Part shown: positions 29,759 through 40,416 of the stretch, piece by piece
Numbering within the stretch: the stretch's first letter is position 1
How the letters are laid out: each line of letters opens with the position of its first letter
Source of the DNA: a virus
Taxonomy: Duplodnaviria; Caudoviricetes
IMG/VR virus record: IMGVR_UViG_3300020508_000005
Location: 30,130-94,129 of that record
Strand: one strand, 5' to 3'
Length of the DNA: 64,000 nt
Notes under the pieces: model-generated
Databases searched by the model: none
What the model was told of the DNA's origin: nothing
What the model saw: the letters and a program-made list of their open reading frames with translations, nothing else
Made by a program: the position numbers and the translations under genes

Positions 29759-30979
29759 TTAATTTTGAACTAACCTCAAAGTTCCCTTCAAATCGTCTTT
29801 TATTTGATTCAAGCTTTGTAATACAGAATCATATCTTTCAACGTCCATAGATCCTTCACTAATCAGGTTGCCCATGGTTACTTCAATATCTTTAGTGATT
29901 CTTCCAATATCAAAACACGAATCTTCGTAATCTATCGAACTAAATTTATCTAAATCAGAAACTTCAAAATTATCATCTTTTTTCCAAAGATCAAAGTCGT
30001 TTTCGTACTCATCTAATGTAGTATTGCCCTTAGGTTTTTTAAATGTTTTGATTTCATCATCTTCATCTAAATTTGAAACAATTTCAAAATCTGCCTTGGC
30101 AGGTTTAATTTCTTTGTATGAGCCTATTTCGAACTCTTTTCCCGAATCATAAACCTTTAATTGAAATCTATAAATGTCCGAATCTTGAATGTGACCGCTA
30201 GAATGATTAAGAGAAAAATACCAAGCTTGACGCGAAGGCAATTCAATTAGCTTGGTTGAATTAAAGCATAGATTTTGTAATTGTGGGTTAAATAATAGAG
30301 CTTTACTCCATATGTCTGGAGTTGAAAAGAAAAATATTTGTCCTAGTAAATCACGTAAATCTACTAACCACAATGGTCGTTTTTCATTTCTAAAAAGAAA
30401 TAGCCCTCTTTCATCATAGCTAATTCTTTCACCCAAAGCAACTGCCATAGCACCTTGAGATATATGCGACCATATATCTTTAATTCCATTCAATCTAGAA
30501 GTGATTTCAGGCGAGATATTTTCTAATGGATTTTCTTGTGAATCCATTCCATGTTCATAGATTCGCAACAAACACTCAGAGTCTGTTTGAGATAATGTTT
30601 GATATTTGCTTTTAAGATATTCTGCCTCATCAATATTTCCATTATGGACCATGCCTATTCTTTTATCAACGCTGACGAAAGGGTGATTGTTCGCATTTAC
30701 ATTCGCATTTCCGCCTTGGCTTGAAGTTGCTCTCGCATGAATCAAAACAGTGTCTGTTTTGATTTTCTTTAGCCTTTGCCAAAAAGGATCTTTAATAAAT
30801 TTACTAGAACGAATAGGCTCTTTGTGATACAGAACGCGACCTTTTCCACCATGTTCAGTAGCCCATACTCCCGATGCGTCAAAACCTCGGGTTTCAAGAA
30901 AATCAAACAAAGCGGTAATTAGTTCAAAACTCGTCTTAGGCTTTTTAGAAGCACCAATATAACCAGCAATTCCACACAT
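29759..30979 (-). CDS. Class II (Ntn) glutamine amidotransferase domain protein
   Basis: MCGIAG, RG.DASG, HARAT, NNHPF, HNG, TDSE. Confidence 0.85.
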   Translation of the reverse strand: MCGIAGYIGASKKPKTSFELITALFDFLETRGFDASGVWATEHGGKGRVLYHKEPIRSSKFIKDPFWQRLKKIKTDTVLIHARATSSQGGNANVNANNHPFVSVDKRIGMVHNGNIDEAEYLKSKYQTLSQTDSECLLRIYEHGMDSQENPLENISPEITSRLNGIKDIWSHISQGAMAVALGERISYDERGLFLFRNEKRPLWLVDLRDLLGQIFFFSTPDIWSKALLFNPQLQNLCFNSTKLIELPSRQAWYFSLNHSSGHIQDSDIYRFQLKVYDSGKEFEIGSYKEIKPAKADFEIVSNLDEDDEIKTFKKPKGNTTLDEYENDFDLWKKDDNFEVSDLDKFSSIDYEDSCFDIGRITKDIEVTMGNLISEGSMDVERYDSVLQSLNQIKDDLKGTLRLVQN

Positions 30980-31044
30980 TTTAAGTCTCCAAGGTTCAGT
31001 ATATCTTTTATTTCCTTGTTAAGCAAGGCTTATAAAAGAATTTG

Positions 31045-31593
31045 CTACATCATAAGGCTGGCATCTAAACCTCCAGTAGGAGGCATTTCTGTCTGTGAGG
31101 TCATTTGATCCAAAGGTTGATTTCCTTGAGGTTGCCCTTGAGGCTGTCCTTGTATTTGTTGAGGTTTCTTTTTCGAAAAATCAGGCTGTTCTCCAGTAGA
31201 TTGAAACTCTTCTGGAGATATATTAGAACTATCTTGTGTCTCTGGGGCATTTAAATTATTTACTTTAACTCCCAATCTTCCTGATAAGTTTGATAGAGCA
31301 CTTAAGGCTGCTGGAATAACTTGCTTCAAATCGCCTCTATCCTCTATAGTTTTTTGAATAGCAACTGCAATTTTTTGCAATTCCTTAAGCTGATTATTGT
31401 ACTTAGGATTCCAATGTTGATGTAAAATCAATCTAATTTGATTTACTATTTCCTCTGATAAACGAGATAGTTGTCTAGATCCTAAATTGTCAACATCGCT
31501 TTGAAAGTTTTGTAAAGACGATAGCACATTGCCAACCTTCTTTCCAAGATAGCTTTTTTCTTCATTAAGTAAAAAAGTACTAAATTTTTCCAT
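31045..31593 (-). CDS. Hypothetical protein with Q/P/G-rich tail, possibly virion-internal
   Basis: MEKFSTFLLNEE N-terminus; QGQP repeats. Confidence 0.6.
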   Translation of the reverse strand: MEKFSTFLLNEEKSYLGKKVGNVLSSLQNFQSDVDNLGSRQLSRLSEEIVNQIRLILHQHWNPKYNNQLKELQKIAVAIQKTIEDRGDLKQVIPAALSALSNLSGRLGVKVNNLNAPETQDSSNISPEEFQSTGEQPDFSKKKPQQIQGQPQGQPQGNQPLDQMTSQTEMPPTGGLDASLMM

Positions 31594-31594
31594 A

Positions 31595-33184
31595 TTATTT
31601 ACCTATAGCAGCCGCTTTGATTAATCCGTCAAATAAAGGTGCTGGATCACCCAATCTACTTTTAAATTCAGGATGAGCTTGAGTGCCTACAAAATAAGGG
31701 TGCACTTCCTTTTTTAATTCCATCATTTCTACAAGACCACTTTCTGGATTCCTACCAGAAACGATGAAGCCTTCTTTTGCATACCTATCTGTATATTCTC
31801 CATTAACTTCTAAGCGGTGACGATGCCTTTCACTAATTAGCTTTTTCTTATATAGGTCACGAACAATCGTATCTTTTTCTAGTTCGCAGTCATAAGCTCC
31901 TAATCGCATGGTCCCAGATTTCTTTAAATTAGATGTTTGACCATGAATGAAATGTATCACAGGCTCTTCTGTTTTGGAATCAAACTCCTGACTATTGGCG
32001 GATTTAATGCCTAAGACATTTTGAGCAAATTCAATAACAGCACATTGAAGACCTAAACATATACCTAAGAAAGGTATTTTGTTTTCCCTGCAATATCGAA
32101 TCGCTGCAATTTTTGTGTCAACGCCACGTTTGTCAAATCCGCCCGGCACAATTATGCCATCTAGACCTTGTAAGTCATCTGTAGTCCAAGAGTCTGTTGT
32201 GAGCCATTTAATTTTTACTTTTACGTTGTTGTTTACGGCGGCATGCACCAAAGCTTCTTTCATACTCAAATAAGCTTCATCACAATTATCATACTTTCCA
32301 ACAAGTCCAATATTCACTACTGGCCAATTATGCCCATTTATGTAGTTTTCAACTAGATCACGATATTTGTGTATGCGACACATGGATCTTTTTAGACCAA
32401 ACTTACTTGCTATCAAATCATCAACATGCCTCTTATAAAATTCAATTGGCACTTGATAAATTGTTGGAACGTCAGGGGCTTCAAAAACTGATTCTCTTGG
32501 AACGAATGTAAGACGAGCAACTTTATCCAGCATTTTTGGTGGAAGCTCTTCTTCGCAACGACAAAGCAACATATCGCAATGCAAACCGCAACTGCGTAAA
32601 GCCCTCACAGCATTTTGTAAAGGTTTAGTTTTAAGCTCTTTTACAGTATTGTTAATAATAATAGGGGCCACCATAACGATCATAACATCATTTGGATACT
32701 GATGTTTGAATTGAGCAATAGCCTCATACATCCCAGCACTTTCGTAATCGCCTACCGTTCCACCAATCTCTGCTATGACAATGTCAAAGTTTTCGCCAAG
32801 CTTCAAAAGCTTATTTTGTATTTTATCGGTGACATGTGGGACAATCTGAACAGTCTCGCCCAAGTATTCCCCACGCTCCTCTTCAGCCAAAACTTCTTGA
32901 TACAATTTACCATTAGTAAATATGTTATTGCCTGTCATGGTTACGCCAGTTAATCGTTCATAGTGACCTAGATCTAAGTCTGTCTCAGATCCGTCGTCAC
33001 ATAGATAAACCTCTCCATGTTGCCGTGGATTCATCGTTCCTGCGTTAATATTTAAGTAAGGATCGCATTTGATTAAGGTGACGTTTTCTCCACGCATTTT
33101 CATGAGAAAAGCTATAGAAGCCGCACTAATTCCTTTTCCGGTGCCGCTGTAAACACCCCCAACTACAACAATAAATTTTGCCAC
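31595..33184 (-). CDS. pyrG: CTP synthase
   Basis: GGVYSGTGKG, DPYLN, GEV..DDG.ETDLDLGHYER, GICLGLQ, RHRHR, HPEF. Confidence 0.97.
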   Translation of the reverse strand: MAKFIVVVGGVYSGTGKGISAASIAFLMKMRGENVTLIKCDPYLNINAGTMNPRQHGEVYLCDDGSETDLDLGHYERLTGVTMTGNNIFTNGKLYQEVLAEEERGEYLGETVQIVPHVTDKIQNKLLKLGENFDIVIAEIGGTVGDYESAGMYEAIAQFKHQYPNDVMIVMVAPIIINNTVKELKTKPLQNAVRALRSCGLHCDMLLCRCEEELPPKMLDKVARLTFVPRESVFEAPDVPTIYQVPIEFYKRHVDDLIASKFGLKRSMCRIHKYRDLVENYINGHNWPVVNIGLVGKYDNCDEAYLSMKEALVHAAVNNNVKVKIKWLTTDSWTTDDLQGLDGIIVPGGFDKRGVDTKIAAIRYCRENKIPFLGICLGLQCAVIEFAQNVLGIKSANSQEFDSKTEEPVIHFIHGQTSNLKKSGTMRLGAYDCELEKDTIVRDLYKKKLISERHRHRLEVNGEYTDRYAKEGFIVSGRNPESGLVEMMELKKEVHPYFVGTQAHPEFKSRLGDPAPLFDGLIKAAAIGK

Positions 33185-33317
33185 TATTCTTTCCTTTCAA
33201 TCATTCGGTTTTTTTATTTAGCATTCTCAAAGCCATTGCTTACAAAAAACCTCCCCTAGATTTATTATCGTAAGGGAGGCTTAATAAATTTGCAAGCAGT
33301 TCTATGTTGAAAAGAAG

Positions 33318-35609
33318 TTATGCGAATTGCGTATCGCATTTTCCGCCAGAACATGCCCACTCTTGGGCCTGTTTCGTATTGTCTTGCTCTTCTACCATTT
33401 CAGTATAGTCTACATCTTTATATTCACGACGCAAATCACACCAATATTTCCAATTTGAAACATCCTTGAGGCAATAAGTCATTTCTTTGAAATTGCCACC
33501 AAAATAACGTTCTGCAAATTGCTTGGCTCTACGCACCCAATCAACTTTCAAAGACCAATCTAAAACGACAGCAAAATGCTCATTTGCTTCTTCTTGAGAA
33601 TCCCAAGTATCTTCATGTGCAATAACCTTTTTAATTTTTTCTTGTTCTACTGGTGTTTCAATTCCAGTTCCGTAAATCACAGCATCGCAAGCCTTCCATA
33701 AATTGTTATTAAACGCCTCCAAACCATCTACAATCAATCCAGAGGCCATCAAGCTTCCATCGCCATACATCTTGGCGATCTCAACAGGAGTATGAATGGC
33801 GGTAAAAGGTGCTTGTGGATAGTCTTTATCACCGCTTATTGAAAGCAAAGATACGCCGCAAAAATGTTGACGATTATCGTAAATGAAATCTGTGACAACG
33901 TCCCATTCGTCTTCACGCACAGTAATGGTGTTGCTGACATTATGAGTTAACCAAGGTTGCGTGCAACGCTCTGGCCTTGTTCCTGCTGTAACCCAGTTTT
34001 CTTGAGTCAGCTTTACATATTCTAACAAGGTTTTGGCATCAATGTCATTTTTGGTTTTTGCACCTTTAGGAACTTCGATACAAAAAGCAACAACTTCGTC
34101 CGTGCCATTTGCACTCCAAACAGATTTTTCTACAGCAATTGGATTGCTCTTCTTGAAGTGTTGAAGAGGTGGCTCCAAATAATTTCCTTGCGATCTACGA
34201 ATGTATCTCATGGCGTGATGTGGGTGAATGCCAGACGCTGTGCCGAGAATGCAAGAAGTGGTACCAGCAGGCTTTACACATGTTGCTCTTGCTGTTGGAT
34301 TGATCCCAATCTTATTTGCAATCTCCTCATTAACGTCCAAAATAACTTTAGCCATTTTGCGTTGAATCTCAGGATTAAGCAGAATGTCAGGATTATCCAT
34401 CATTCCAGTTATGCTTACACCCAATAGAGCTTCACGCTCCAGAATTCTTTTAGATGTTTCTCCAAGATAAGTTAGATCACTATATCCCGCTTGGCATGTT
34501 CCAATAATTGCAGCAGCTTTGCAAGCTATTTCAAAATCTTCTTCGGTTTTGCACTTCTTCCCATTGATTTCACAAAGATTACAAGCTTCCCAACCAGTTT
34601 CCCCAGTTTCAATATCAACTGGATACAATCCAATTTCAACGCATGGATTTACAACCAGTTCAGTTGAATCTGCCCACACAAATCCGGGCTCGCCAAACTC
34701 ACGAACATAAGACATGAGTTTCTCAAATTCTTCTTTTGTGGTTTTGCCACGCACTAGTAAAGCAGAATTGTTAGAACGACCACGTTGTGGATTGTCAATG
34801 AACCAGTTCCCCGTTTTGGCCATTGCCATTTCCATGTCATCCGGCGAAAACAAACAGATGGTTGCTGAGCGTCTTACTCCACCTGACAGAACAGCGTCAC
34901 TAAAATGCATAACCATGTCATATGCGTTGATTGGTTTTAAACGAGTTTGTTCATTTGCGATACAATCATTCAACAACGACCGAACTTTCTCAAGGGCTTT
35001 TTTAAGAGGCTCAGGACCGGGTGCTTTACCTGATGAAGAATTTAAAGGAGCACCTTCTGGTCTAATTAGCCCATAGTCAAATAGAACTTCCGTGCCTTCA
35101 AACTCTGGGAAATTTCCTCCACCAAAATAAGAACTAATCAACACACCAGAAGCATCCGCCCAGCCTTCAATGCTGTCTGGAATTTGATAGACTTTTTTAG
35201 GCTTGATTGTTTGTTTTTCCAACCACTTAGAACTAAAATTTGGCAAACGCTCGATGTGATGTTTTTGAACAGAAAATCCTGTTCCACATCCACATAACAA
35301 AAGCCAAAAACACTCTTGAAAAAATCTTAGTCTATCGCAATACGAGGCGATACAATTGTAAATTCTAGCGTTTTTCTTTTCAATCGCTGAGCCGCCAAAT
35401 TGCAAAGCACGTTGCGATCCTAAAACTCTTTTCTGTCTGCTTTGTTCAAAAGCCCATTCAATTTGCTCTTTGATCTGTGGGTATCGACGTAAGTGCATAT
35501 CTCGCACTCTTTCAACTGCTTCACTCCAAGTTTCTCGTCTTTTGAGATCTTTCAAGTATCTGGCATACTTGGAAGTGAAAGTGTAGTCCTGTAAAGCTTT
35601 GACTGACAT
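33318..35609 (-). CDS. nrdJ: Class II (adenosylcobalamin-dependent) ribonucleotide reductase
   Basis: GGVRRSA, NPCVEI, CNLCEI, TCVKPAGT, HNVSNT, C-terminal CSGGKC; no beta-subunit gene adjacent. Confidence 0.85.
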   Translation of the reverse strand: MSVKALQDYTFTSKYARYLKDLKRRETWSEAVERVRDMHLRRYPQIKEQIEWAFEQSRQKRVLGSQRALQFGGSAIEKKNARIYNCIASYCDRLRFFQECFWLLLCGCGTGFSVQKHHIERLPNFSSKWLEKQTIKPKKVYQIPDSIEGWADASGVLISSYFGGGNFPEFEGTEVLFDYGLIRPEGAPLNSSSGKAPGPEPLKKALEKVRSLLNDCIANEQTRLKPINAYDMVMHFSDAVLSGGVRRSATICLFSPDDMEMAMAKTGNWFIDNPQRGRSNNSALLVRGKTTKEEFEKLMSYVREFGEPGFVWADSTELVVNPCVEIGLYPVDIETGETGWEACNLCEINGKKCKTEEDFEIACKAAAIIGTCQAGYSDLTYLGETSKRILEREALLGVSITGMMDNPDILLNPEIQRKMAKVILDVNEEIANKIGINPTARATCVKPAGTTSCILGTASGIHPHHAMRYIRRSQGNYLEPPLQHFKKSNPIAVEKSVWSANGTDEVVAFCIEVPKGAKTKNDIDAKTLLEYVKLTQENWVTAGTRPERCTQPWLTHNVSNTITVREDEWDVVTDFIYDNRQHFCGVSLLSISGDKDYPQAPFTAIHTPVEIAKMYGDGSLMASGLIVDGLEAFNNNLWKACDAVIYGTGIETPVEQEKIKKVIAHEDTWDSQEEANEHFAVVLDWSLKVDWVRRAKQFAERYFGGNFKEMTYCLKDVSNWKYWCDLRREYKDVDYTEMVEEQDNTKQAQEWACSGGKCDTQFA

Positions 35610-35714
35610 AATTTTTCCTTTTCTATTACATTAAAAATTTGGGTGAGGTTAGCTAAGCTTATGAGTTTCAAAAAATTAAAATAAAATTTTTACTTCGAAT
35701 TATTAATAAAACAA

Positions 35715-37730
35715 TTACGACACTATTTCAGTGATATCATTTTGTTTCTTTAAAGTGAGGGATTCGCAACCTTGTAACATGTTCATAAGGACCTCATTGT
35801 GGGTTGTTACCATCACTTGACGCTCTTTAGCCAATTCGAGAATCATGTTATAAACATTTGGAACGCCTGCACGATCAATGCCCCCACCAGTAATTTCATC
35901 TAAAAACACTATGCTAGGACAAGCACCAGAATTTAACATCATCACATAAGCAAAAGATTGAGATACTGCTAAATTGATTCGACGAACCTCACCTTTAGAC
36001 ATATTGTGATAAAAAGCTGGATTGCCATTCCTACTAACTGTTTCATCAAGCTTATTATCAAATGTCAACTCGATTAAACCATCAATCAAAATTTGAAGCC
36101 AATAAGCAATTCTTTCATTCAAAGCAGGAATAATTCCATCAATCACAAACTTTCTTATGCCATTGTCTGAAAAAGCCTCTAACCAATATTCAAAATAAGG
36201 CACTTCAGATTCCACTCTCTGAAGTTCTAGGCCCTTGGCGTCCCTGTCTCTTTCCTTCTCAAGTTTTTCTATTTCTGCTTGTTCAATAATTTCTTGATAA
36301 GGAGATTGGCCTTCATATTCTTCTTTTTTGCTTTTGAATTGTTTTTTCAACTCAACAATTTCAGCTTCTAGAACTTGTTCAGCAACATTTCCTTCAGGTT
36401 TGGGAACTTTGGTCAACAAACTAATTTCGTTTCTGTGTTTTCGAAGCGTCCCTTCAATAATAGCTACCTTGCCATCCGCTTCACTGATTTTAGATTCCAT
36501 AGTCGTTAAAACAGACGACTTAGTAATAAAGTGTTGCTTTTTCTCTTCGATTTCAGTTTGCTTATTTTCAATTGTGTTTCGGCATTTTTCGGCCATTTCT
36601 TTTCCATGATCTAGAACATGGCCATAATTTTCCCTACTGATCGTGCCTCTACATGTTGGGCAAGTTGTTCCTTCTTTGAGTTTTTCAAGATCAGAAATTA
36701 ACTTCAAAGCTTTGTTTAAATCTGCCTCAATGTTTTTTAAAGATAACACATCTGTTTGAATCAATTCATTCAAAGAGTTTTTGTCTTCTCTTGCTTGATC
36801 AACTTTTGCTCGTGCATTTTTAATAGCTTCTTGAATTTTGTCTCTTTTAGATTCTAGATCTGTAATTTCATCATTAATCTGGACAATTCTTTCTTGGCCT
36901 TTTTGCCAATTTGCCAACTGTGCTCCTGTGTCAGAATTTTCAAGTTGAGACTGCTTGTTTTTAATTCGCTCAAGCAAGCTCTTAAGTTCAGATTGCTTGT
37001 TAGTTTTCCAAGAAGCTTCTTGGTTTTTGACCGTTGAAATTCGACGATCACACGCATCCACATCGCTCTTTAAACCTTCGTAATCTTTTGAAAGCTCTCC
37101 AACATCTTTTTTAAGGTCTCTTAATATTTCCTTGCAATTCTCGTGATAATCACGATATTGCTCCAAATCTAAAAGATTCTCAACAATCTGACGCTTAGTA
37201 GGAGTATCAGCCTCTAAGAATGAATAAGTGTTTGAGTCATCAAAAATAACTACGTTGCAAAAAGCGTGATGACTCAGTCCTAGTTTTTCTTCGATGAACT
37301 TTTGGGTTTCATCTGTTGTTCCAAAAGTCATTTTAGAACTATCATCCCATATTTTATCTTGGCTCTTCCATAGATCTAATTTAGAAGTAACAGTTCCTGA
37401 TTTAGCTTTTTTGAAACTTCGGATTACGCGATAATCATCCCACTGAACTTCCACTTCTCCTTTCTCTGCCAAAATGTTTACAATTCTGTTTCCCTTATTT
37501 TTAGTCGGGCTTTTTACTGTTCTACCATATAGACCAATAGAAAGAATTTCTTGTATCGATGATTTTCCAGTACCGTTACTTGCAGGCTCTTCTTCTGTGC
37601 CGGGAGCATCCTTGTTAATTCCAATTACTTGTATGATGTTTCCGTAATCGGCAAAATGAATCTCGACACCTTTGGGTCCAAAACACAAGATGTTTTCAGC
37701 ACGCACTAAATTAAACTTCAAACTACGCAT
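35715..37730 (-). CDS. Recombination ATPase gp46 / SbcC / Rad50-like
   Basis: Walker A SNGTGKSS, coiled coil with CPTC hook, MSKGE signature, FLDE, TTH. Confidence 0.92.
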   Translation of the reverse strand: MRSLKFNLVRAENILCFGPKGVEIHFADYGNIIQVIGINKDAPGTEEEPASNGTGKSSIQEILSIGLYGRTVKSPTKNKGNRIVNILAEKGEVEVQWDDYRVIRSFKKAKSGTVTSKLDLWKSQDKIWDDSSKMTFGTTDETQKFIEEKLGLSHHAFCNVVIFDDSNTYSFLEADTPTKRQIVENLLDLEQYRDYHENCKEILRDLKKDVGELSKDYEGLKSDVDACDRRISTVKNQEASWKTNKQSELKSLLERIKNKQSQLENSDTGAQLANWQKGQERIVQINDEITDLESKRDKIQEAIKNARAKVDQAREDKNSLNELIQTDVLSLKNIEADLNKALKLISDLEKLKEGTTCPTCRGTISRENYGHVLDHGKEMAEKCRNTIENKQTEIEEKKQHFITKSSVLTTMESKISEADGKVAIIEGTLRKHRNEISLLTKVPKPEGNVAEQVLEAEIVELKKQFKSKKEEYEGQSPYQEIIEQAEIEKLEKERDRDAKGLELQRVESEVPYFEYWLEAFSDNGIRKFVIDGIIPALNERIAYWLQILIDGLIELTFDNKLDETVSRNGNPAFYHNMSKGEVRRINLAVSQSFAYVMMLNSGACPSIVFLDEITGGGIDRAGVPNVYNMILELAKERQVMVTTHNEVLMNMLQGCESLTLKKQNDITEIVS

Positions 37731-37754
37731 GATTATTCCTTTGATTCGAGAAGT

Positions 37755-38618
37755 CTAAGAAGAATATTGTTTCAAAATTTCTTCTCTTAAGCCATCGAGG
37801 CGATCCCATTGATGAATCATAAAATAAAGTTGATTCAAGGGATTGTAAAGTTTTCCGTTTGCAAGAATTGGCTCAACGCTGCCCAATCTAACACCTTCTC
37901 CAGTAAGACAAAGATTATCGTCTTGTGGGTGAGAAATCAAATAAGATTTGTCATTTTTGATCAAACCCATGATAAAATTTAAAGAAGCTTGATCAGTGCA
38001 TCTGCCTATAGATTTCATCGAAACCATAAACATTAAAAGTTCAAATTCTTTAATTGCGTTTGCTGTTCCTAAAGTAACTCCTGCATTGCAAACCCAGTTA
38101 GTATTGTCATCTTGCAAATAAGGAATCGGAACATCCCTTTGAAATTCAAAATGTTCGATGCAAGCAAATCCACTTTCTTTTCTTTTGAATCCTTCAGCGG
38201 TTACAACTACCTTATGAGACACAGACTCTTTTACGCAATCTACAGACAGGTCGTAACAATGATTGTTGACATAGTTTTCCAACCATTTAAATGGATCTGC
38301 TTGAAAAACAACATCTCTAGAGTCAGAAATTAACACATTTTGATATTTGTATCCATTTGTGCACAAGTAATCATAAAAATGTTTGTGTCTATCTCTAAAA
38401 ATGTAGTAATTTTCTCCTGCAACAACATCGACTATTATTGCACCTTTATCAATCAGCTTAGTCCGAGCAGATTGATCCATCTCATGGGTTATAAACACAA
38501 GATCTGCGTTCACTACATTCCTAAATGAATTAACAAACACATCAAATGCAGGGTTCAAAACCATTGGACCGCTTGCATAAGAAAGAACTAAATTTTTCCT
38601 TTGTTCGTTTATGCTCAT
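37755..38618 (-). CDS. Glycosyltransferase-like protein
   Basis: LISDSRDVVFQADPF, CNAGV..G, DQASLN, HQWDR. Confidence 0.6.
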   Translation of the reverse strand: MSINEQRKNLVLSYASGPMVLNPAFDVFVNSFRNVVNADLVFITHEMDQSARTKLIDKGAIIVDVVAGENYYIFRDRHKHFYDYLCTNGYKYQNVLISDSRDVVFQADPFKWLENYVNNHCYDLSVDCVKESVSHKVVVTAEGFKRKESGFACIEHFEFQRDVPIPYLQDDNTNWVCNAGVTLGTANAIKEFELLMFMVSMKSIGRCTDQASLNFIMGLIKNDKSYLISHPQDDNLCLTGEGVRLGSVEPILANGKLYNPLNQLYFMIHQWDRLDGLREEILKQYSS

Positions 38619-39709
38619 GTTTTTGTCCTTTCCAAACACTTATGACCGGCTGCAAATATCTTGTTTGCATCCAAGCCTTGAGGAATTCCTTTTTCTGTTG
38701 CATATTTTTGCAACATATCAGCTATGTTTAAGAGCACAGCTTGTGCGTTCTCTATGAAAAACTTATCATCATCAATTTTCTTTTCTTTTGGTTTTGCGTC
38801 TAAAGTCAAAACTTGATGATTTTGAGCAATTTCTCTTTTAAGATCAATTATGTCCTTGTTGGACATAGTGCTTTCAACCGCAACTCTAACAAAATTACCA
38901 TTTAAGTTGTAGTTTTCATCTCTAATATCTTGCGGAGTGACAATCAAATGTTTGGGGCTGAAATCATTTTTAATGTATGTCTTTTCTAGCGTTTCTAAAT
39001 CCAAAATGACTATGTGTTTGTCTTGAAAGGCTTCCCCAAAGGTAAGTTGCAAAGGAGACCCAATATACTCCACAGTGTCATTGATCTGTTGAGCACCATG
39101 ATAATGTCCTAGGAATGTCATTTTCCAGTCTTTAAATACTGAAGCATCTACCGGAACCATGTCGTTGTCATACTCAACAATTACGTCAGCCTTAGTGCCA
39201 AAACATAAGTTCAAAAGAGCCCCATGCACTGACATATGACCTAATAAAATATCTCCGGCACCATTATTTTTTTTCTTTAAAGATTCAAGCTCTTTAACAG
39301 GATTGTCTGTGTGAGGCATCCAATCGATTTTTAGATCGCCTAGTTTTATTTGTTGTGGGGTTTCGACTATGTGAACCCTTGGAATTGCAGAAAGAGGTTT
39401 TATGCTATTGATGTCCCATCGCTCTTTATGGTACATGTCATGATTGCCGACCAATAAATACATGTCCCTGTCTGCTGCATCACGAATCATGTGATTCATG
39501 AAAACCTCAAATGTCTTCAAGTAGTTTTTGACATCGATTTTGGCTCTTTCATGAAATAAATCTCCAAGAAAGAAAATGTAGTCGCATTGGTTTTGTGCAG
39601 CTACTTTAAAAATCCAATTCAAGACTTCTATGCAGTTGTCCAAACGATCAATTCGATCTTTGTGGGCGTGAATGTGTAAATCACTAAATAACAAGGCTTT
39701 TTTTGACAT
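38615..39709 (-). CDS. Recombination nuclease gp47 / SbcD / Mre11-like
   Basis: FSDLH, LGDLFH, VGNHD, GHYH, YIGSP...FGE. Confidence 0.92.
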   Translation of the reverse strand: MSKKALLFSDLHIHAHKDRIDRLDNCIEVLNWIFKVAAQNQCDYIFFLGDLFHERAKIDVKNYLKTFEVFMNHMIRDAADRDMYLLVGNHDMYHKERWDINSIKPLSAIPRVHIVETPQQIKLGDLKIDWMPHTDNPVKELESLKKKNNGAGDILLGHMSVHGALLNLCFGTKADVIVEYDNDMVPVDASVFKDWKMTFLGHYHGAQQINDTVEYIGSPLQLTFGEAFQDKHIVILDLETLEKTYIKNDFSPKHLIVTPQDIRDENYNLNGNFVRVAVESTMSNKDIIDLKREIAQNHQVLTLDAKPKEKKIDDDKFFIENAQAVLLNIADMLQKYATEKGIPQGLDANKIFAAGHKCLERTKT

Positions 39710-39781
39710 GGTATGATCCTTGAAAGGCAATCAAGCGGCAATAGAGATCCATTCTACGCCAAAGCATACCTTAAGGAAAGA

Positions 39782-40180
39782 TCAAGACATCAAAGATGGC
39801 ATAGAATTTACAGATGGGTTGGATTGTTTAGGTGGTTCTTTTTCTTCGCCCTTATCCAAAGGTTTTTTGTTTAAGATATGATCCAAAACATCCCATACAT
39901 TTGCGGTCTTTGGAATTATTGGAGTATTATCTTGGCCACCCATGCCCGGAGAGCCCCCCATTCCCGGAGGTCCATCCATGCCCGGAGGGCCACCCATTGG
40001 TGGTGCTCCACCCATTCCCGGAGGTCCGCCTAATCCCGGAGGTCCACTCATTCCCGGAGGTCCGCCTAATCCCGGAGGTCCACCCATTGGTGGTGCTCCA
40101 CCCATAGGAGGTCCACCCATAGGCGGAGCACCACCCATAGGATCAGCTTCAGATAAAAGAAAGAATTGTCGGAACTTCAT
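39782..40180 (-). CDS. Pro/Gly/Met low-complexity protein, possibly virion-internal
   Basis: MKFRQFFLLSEA followed by GGPPGM/GGAPPM repeats. Confidence 0.7.
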   Translation of the reverse strand: MKFRQFFLLSEADPMGGAPPMGGPPMGGAPPMGGPPGLGGPPGMSGPPGLGGPPGMGGAPPMGGPPGMDGPPGMGGSPGMGGQDNTPIIPKTANVWDVLDHILNKKPLDKGEEKEPPKQSNPSVNSMPSLMS

Positions 40181-40272
40181 GCTTATATGTACTGAACTGC
40201 ATTACAAAAAATTTTTGGTAAATCAAAGCATTTGAAAAAGAAAATCAAATCAAAAATTTTTTGATTTTCTAC

Positions 40273-40301
40273 TTGAAAATTTTTTTCCTCATGACTACTA
40301 T
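40273..40301 (+). promoter_or_regulatory. Sigma70-like promoter of the tRNA operon
   Basis: TTGAAA-N17-TACTAT in AT-rich intergenic region. Confidence 0.6.
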
Positions 40302-40356
40302 ACTAAAGTTCAATTAACTATTGCGTGTCCGACACAGGCACTTAAAAAGTAAAATC

Positions 40357-40416
40357 ATGAAAACCTTGTTTAGTTCATATCTGTTATCGCTATCCTTGCT
40401 CAGCCAAGGAACGTAA
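40357..40416 (+). CDS. Attenuator leader peptide MKTLFSSYLLSLSLLSQGT
   Basis: 19 codons; codons 4-16 all Leu/Ser/Phe/Tyr; lies within alternative RNA hairpins upstream of a terminator. Confidence 0.8.
   Translation: MKTLFSSYLLSLSLLSQGT

Noticed and set aside
39832-40235. Plus-strand Pro/Gly ORFs, or a CRISPR-like repeat
   Set aside because: Antisense of the GGPPGM coding repeat; no unique spacers and no cas genes.
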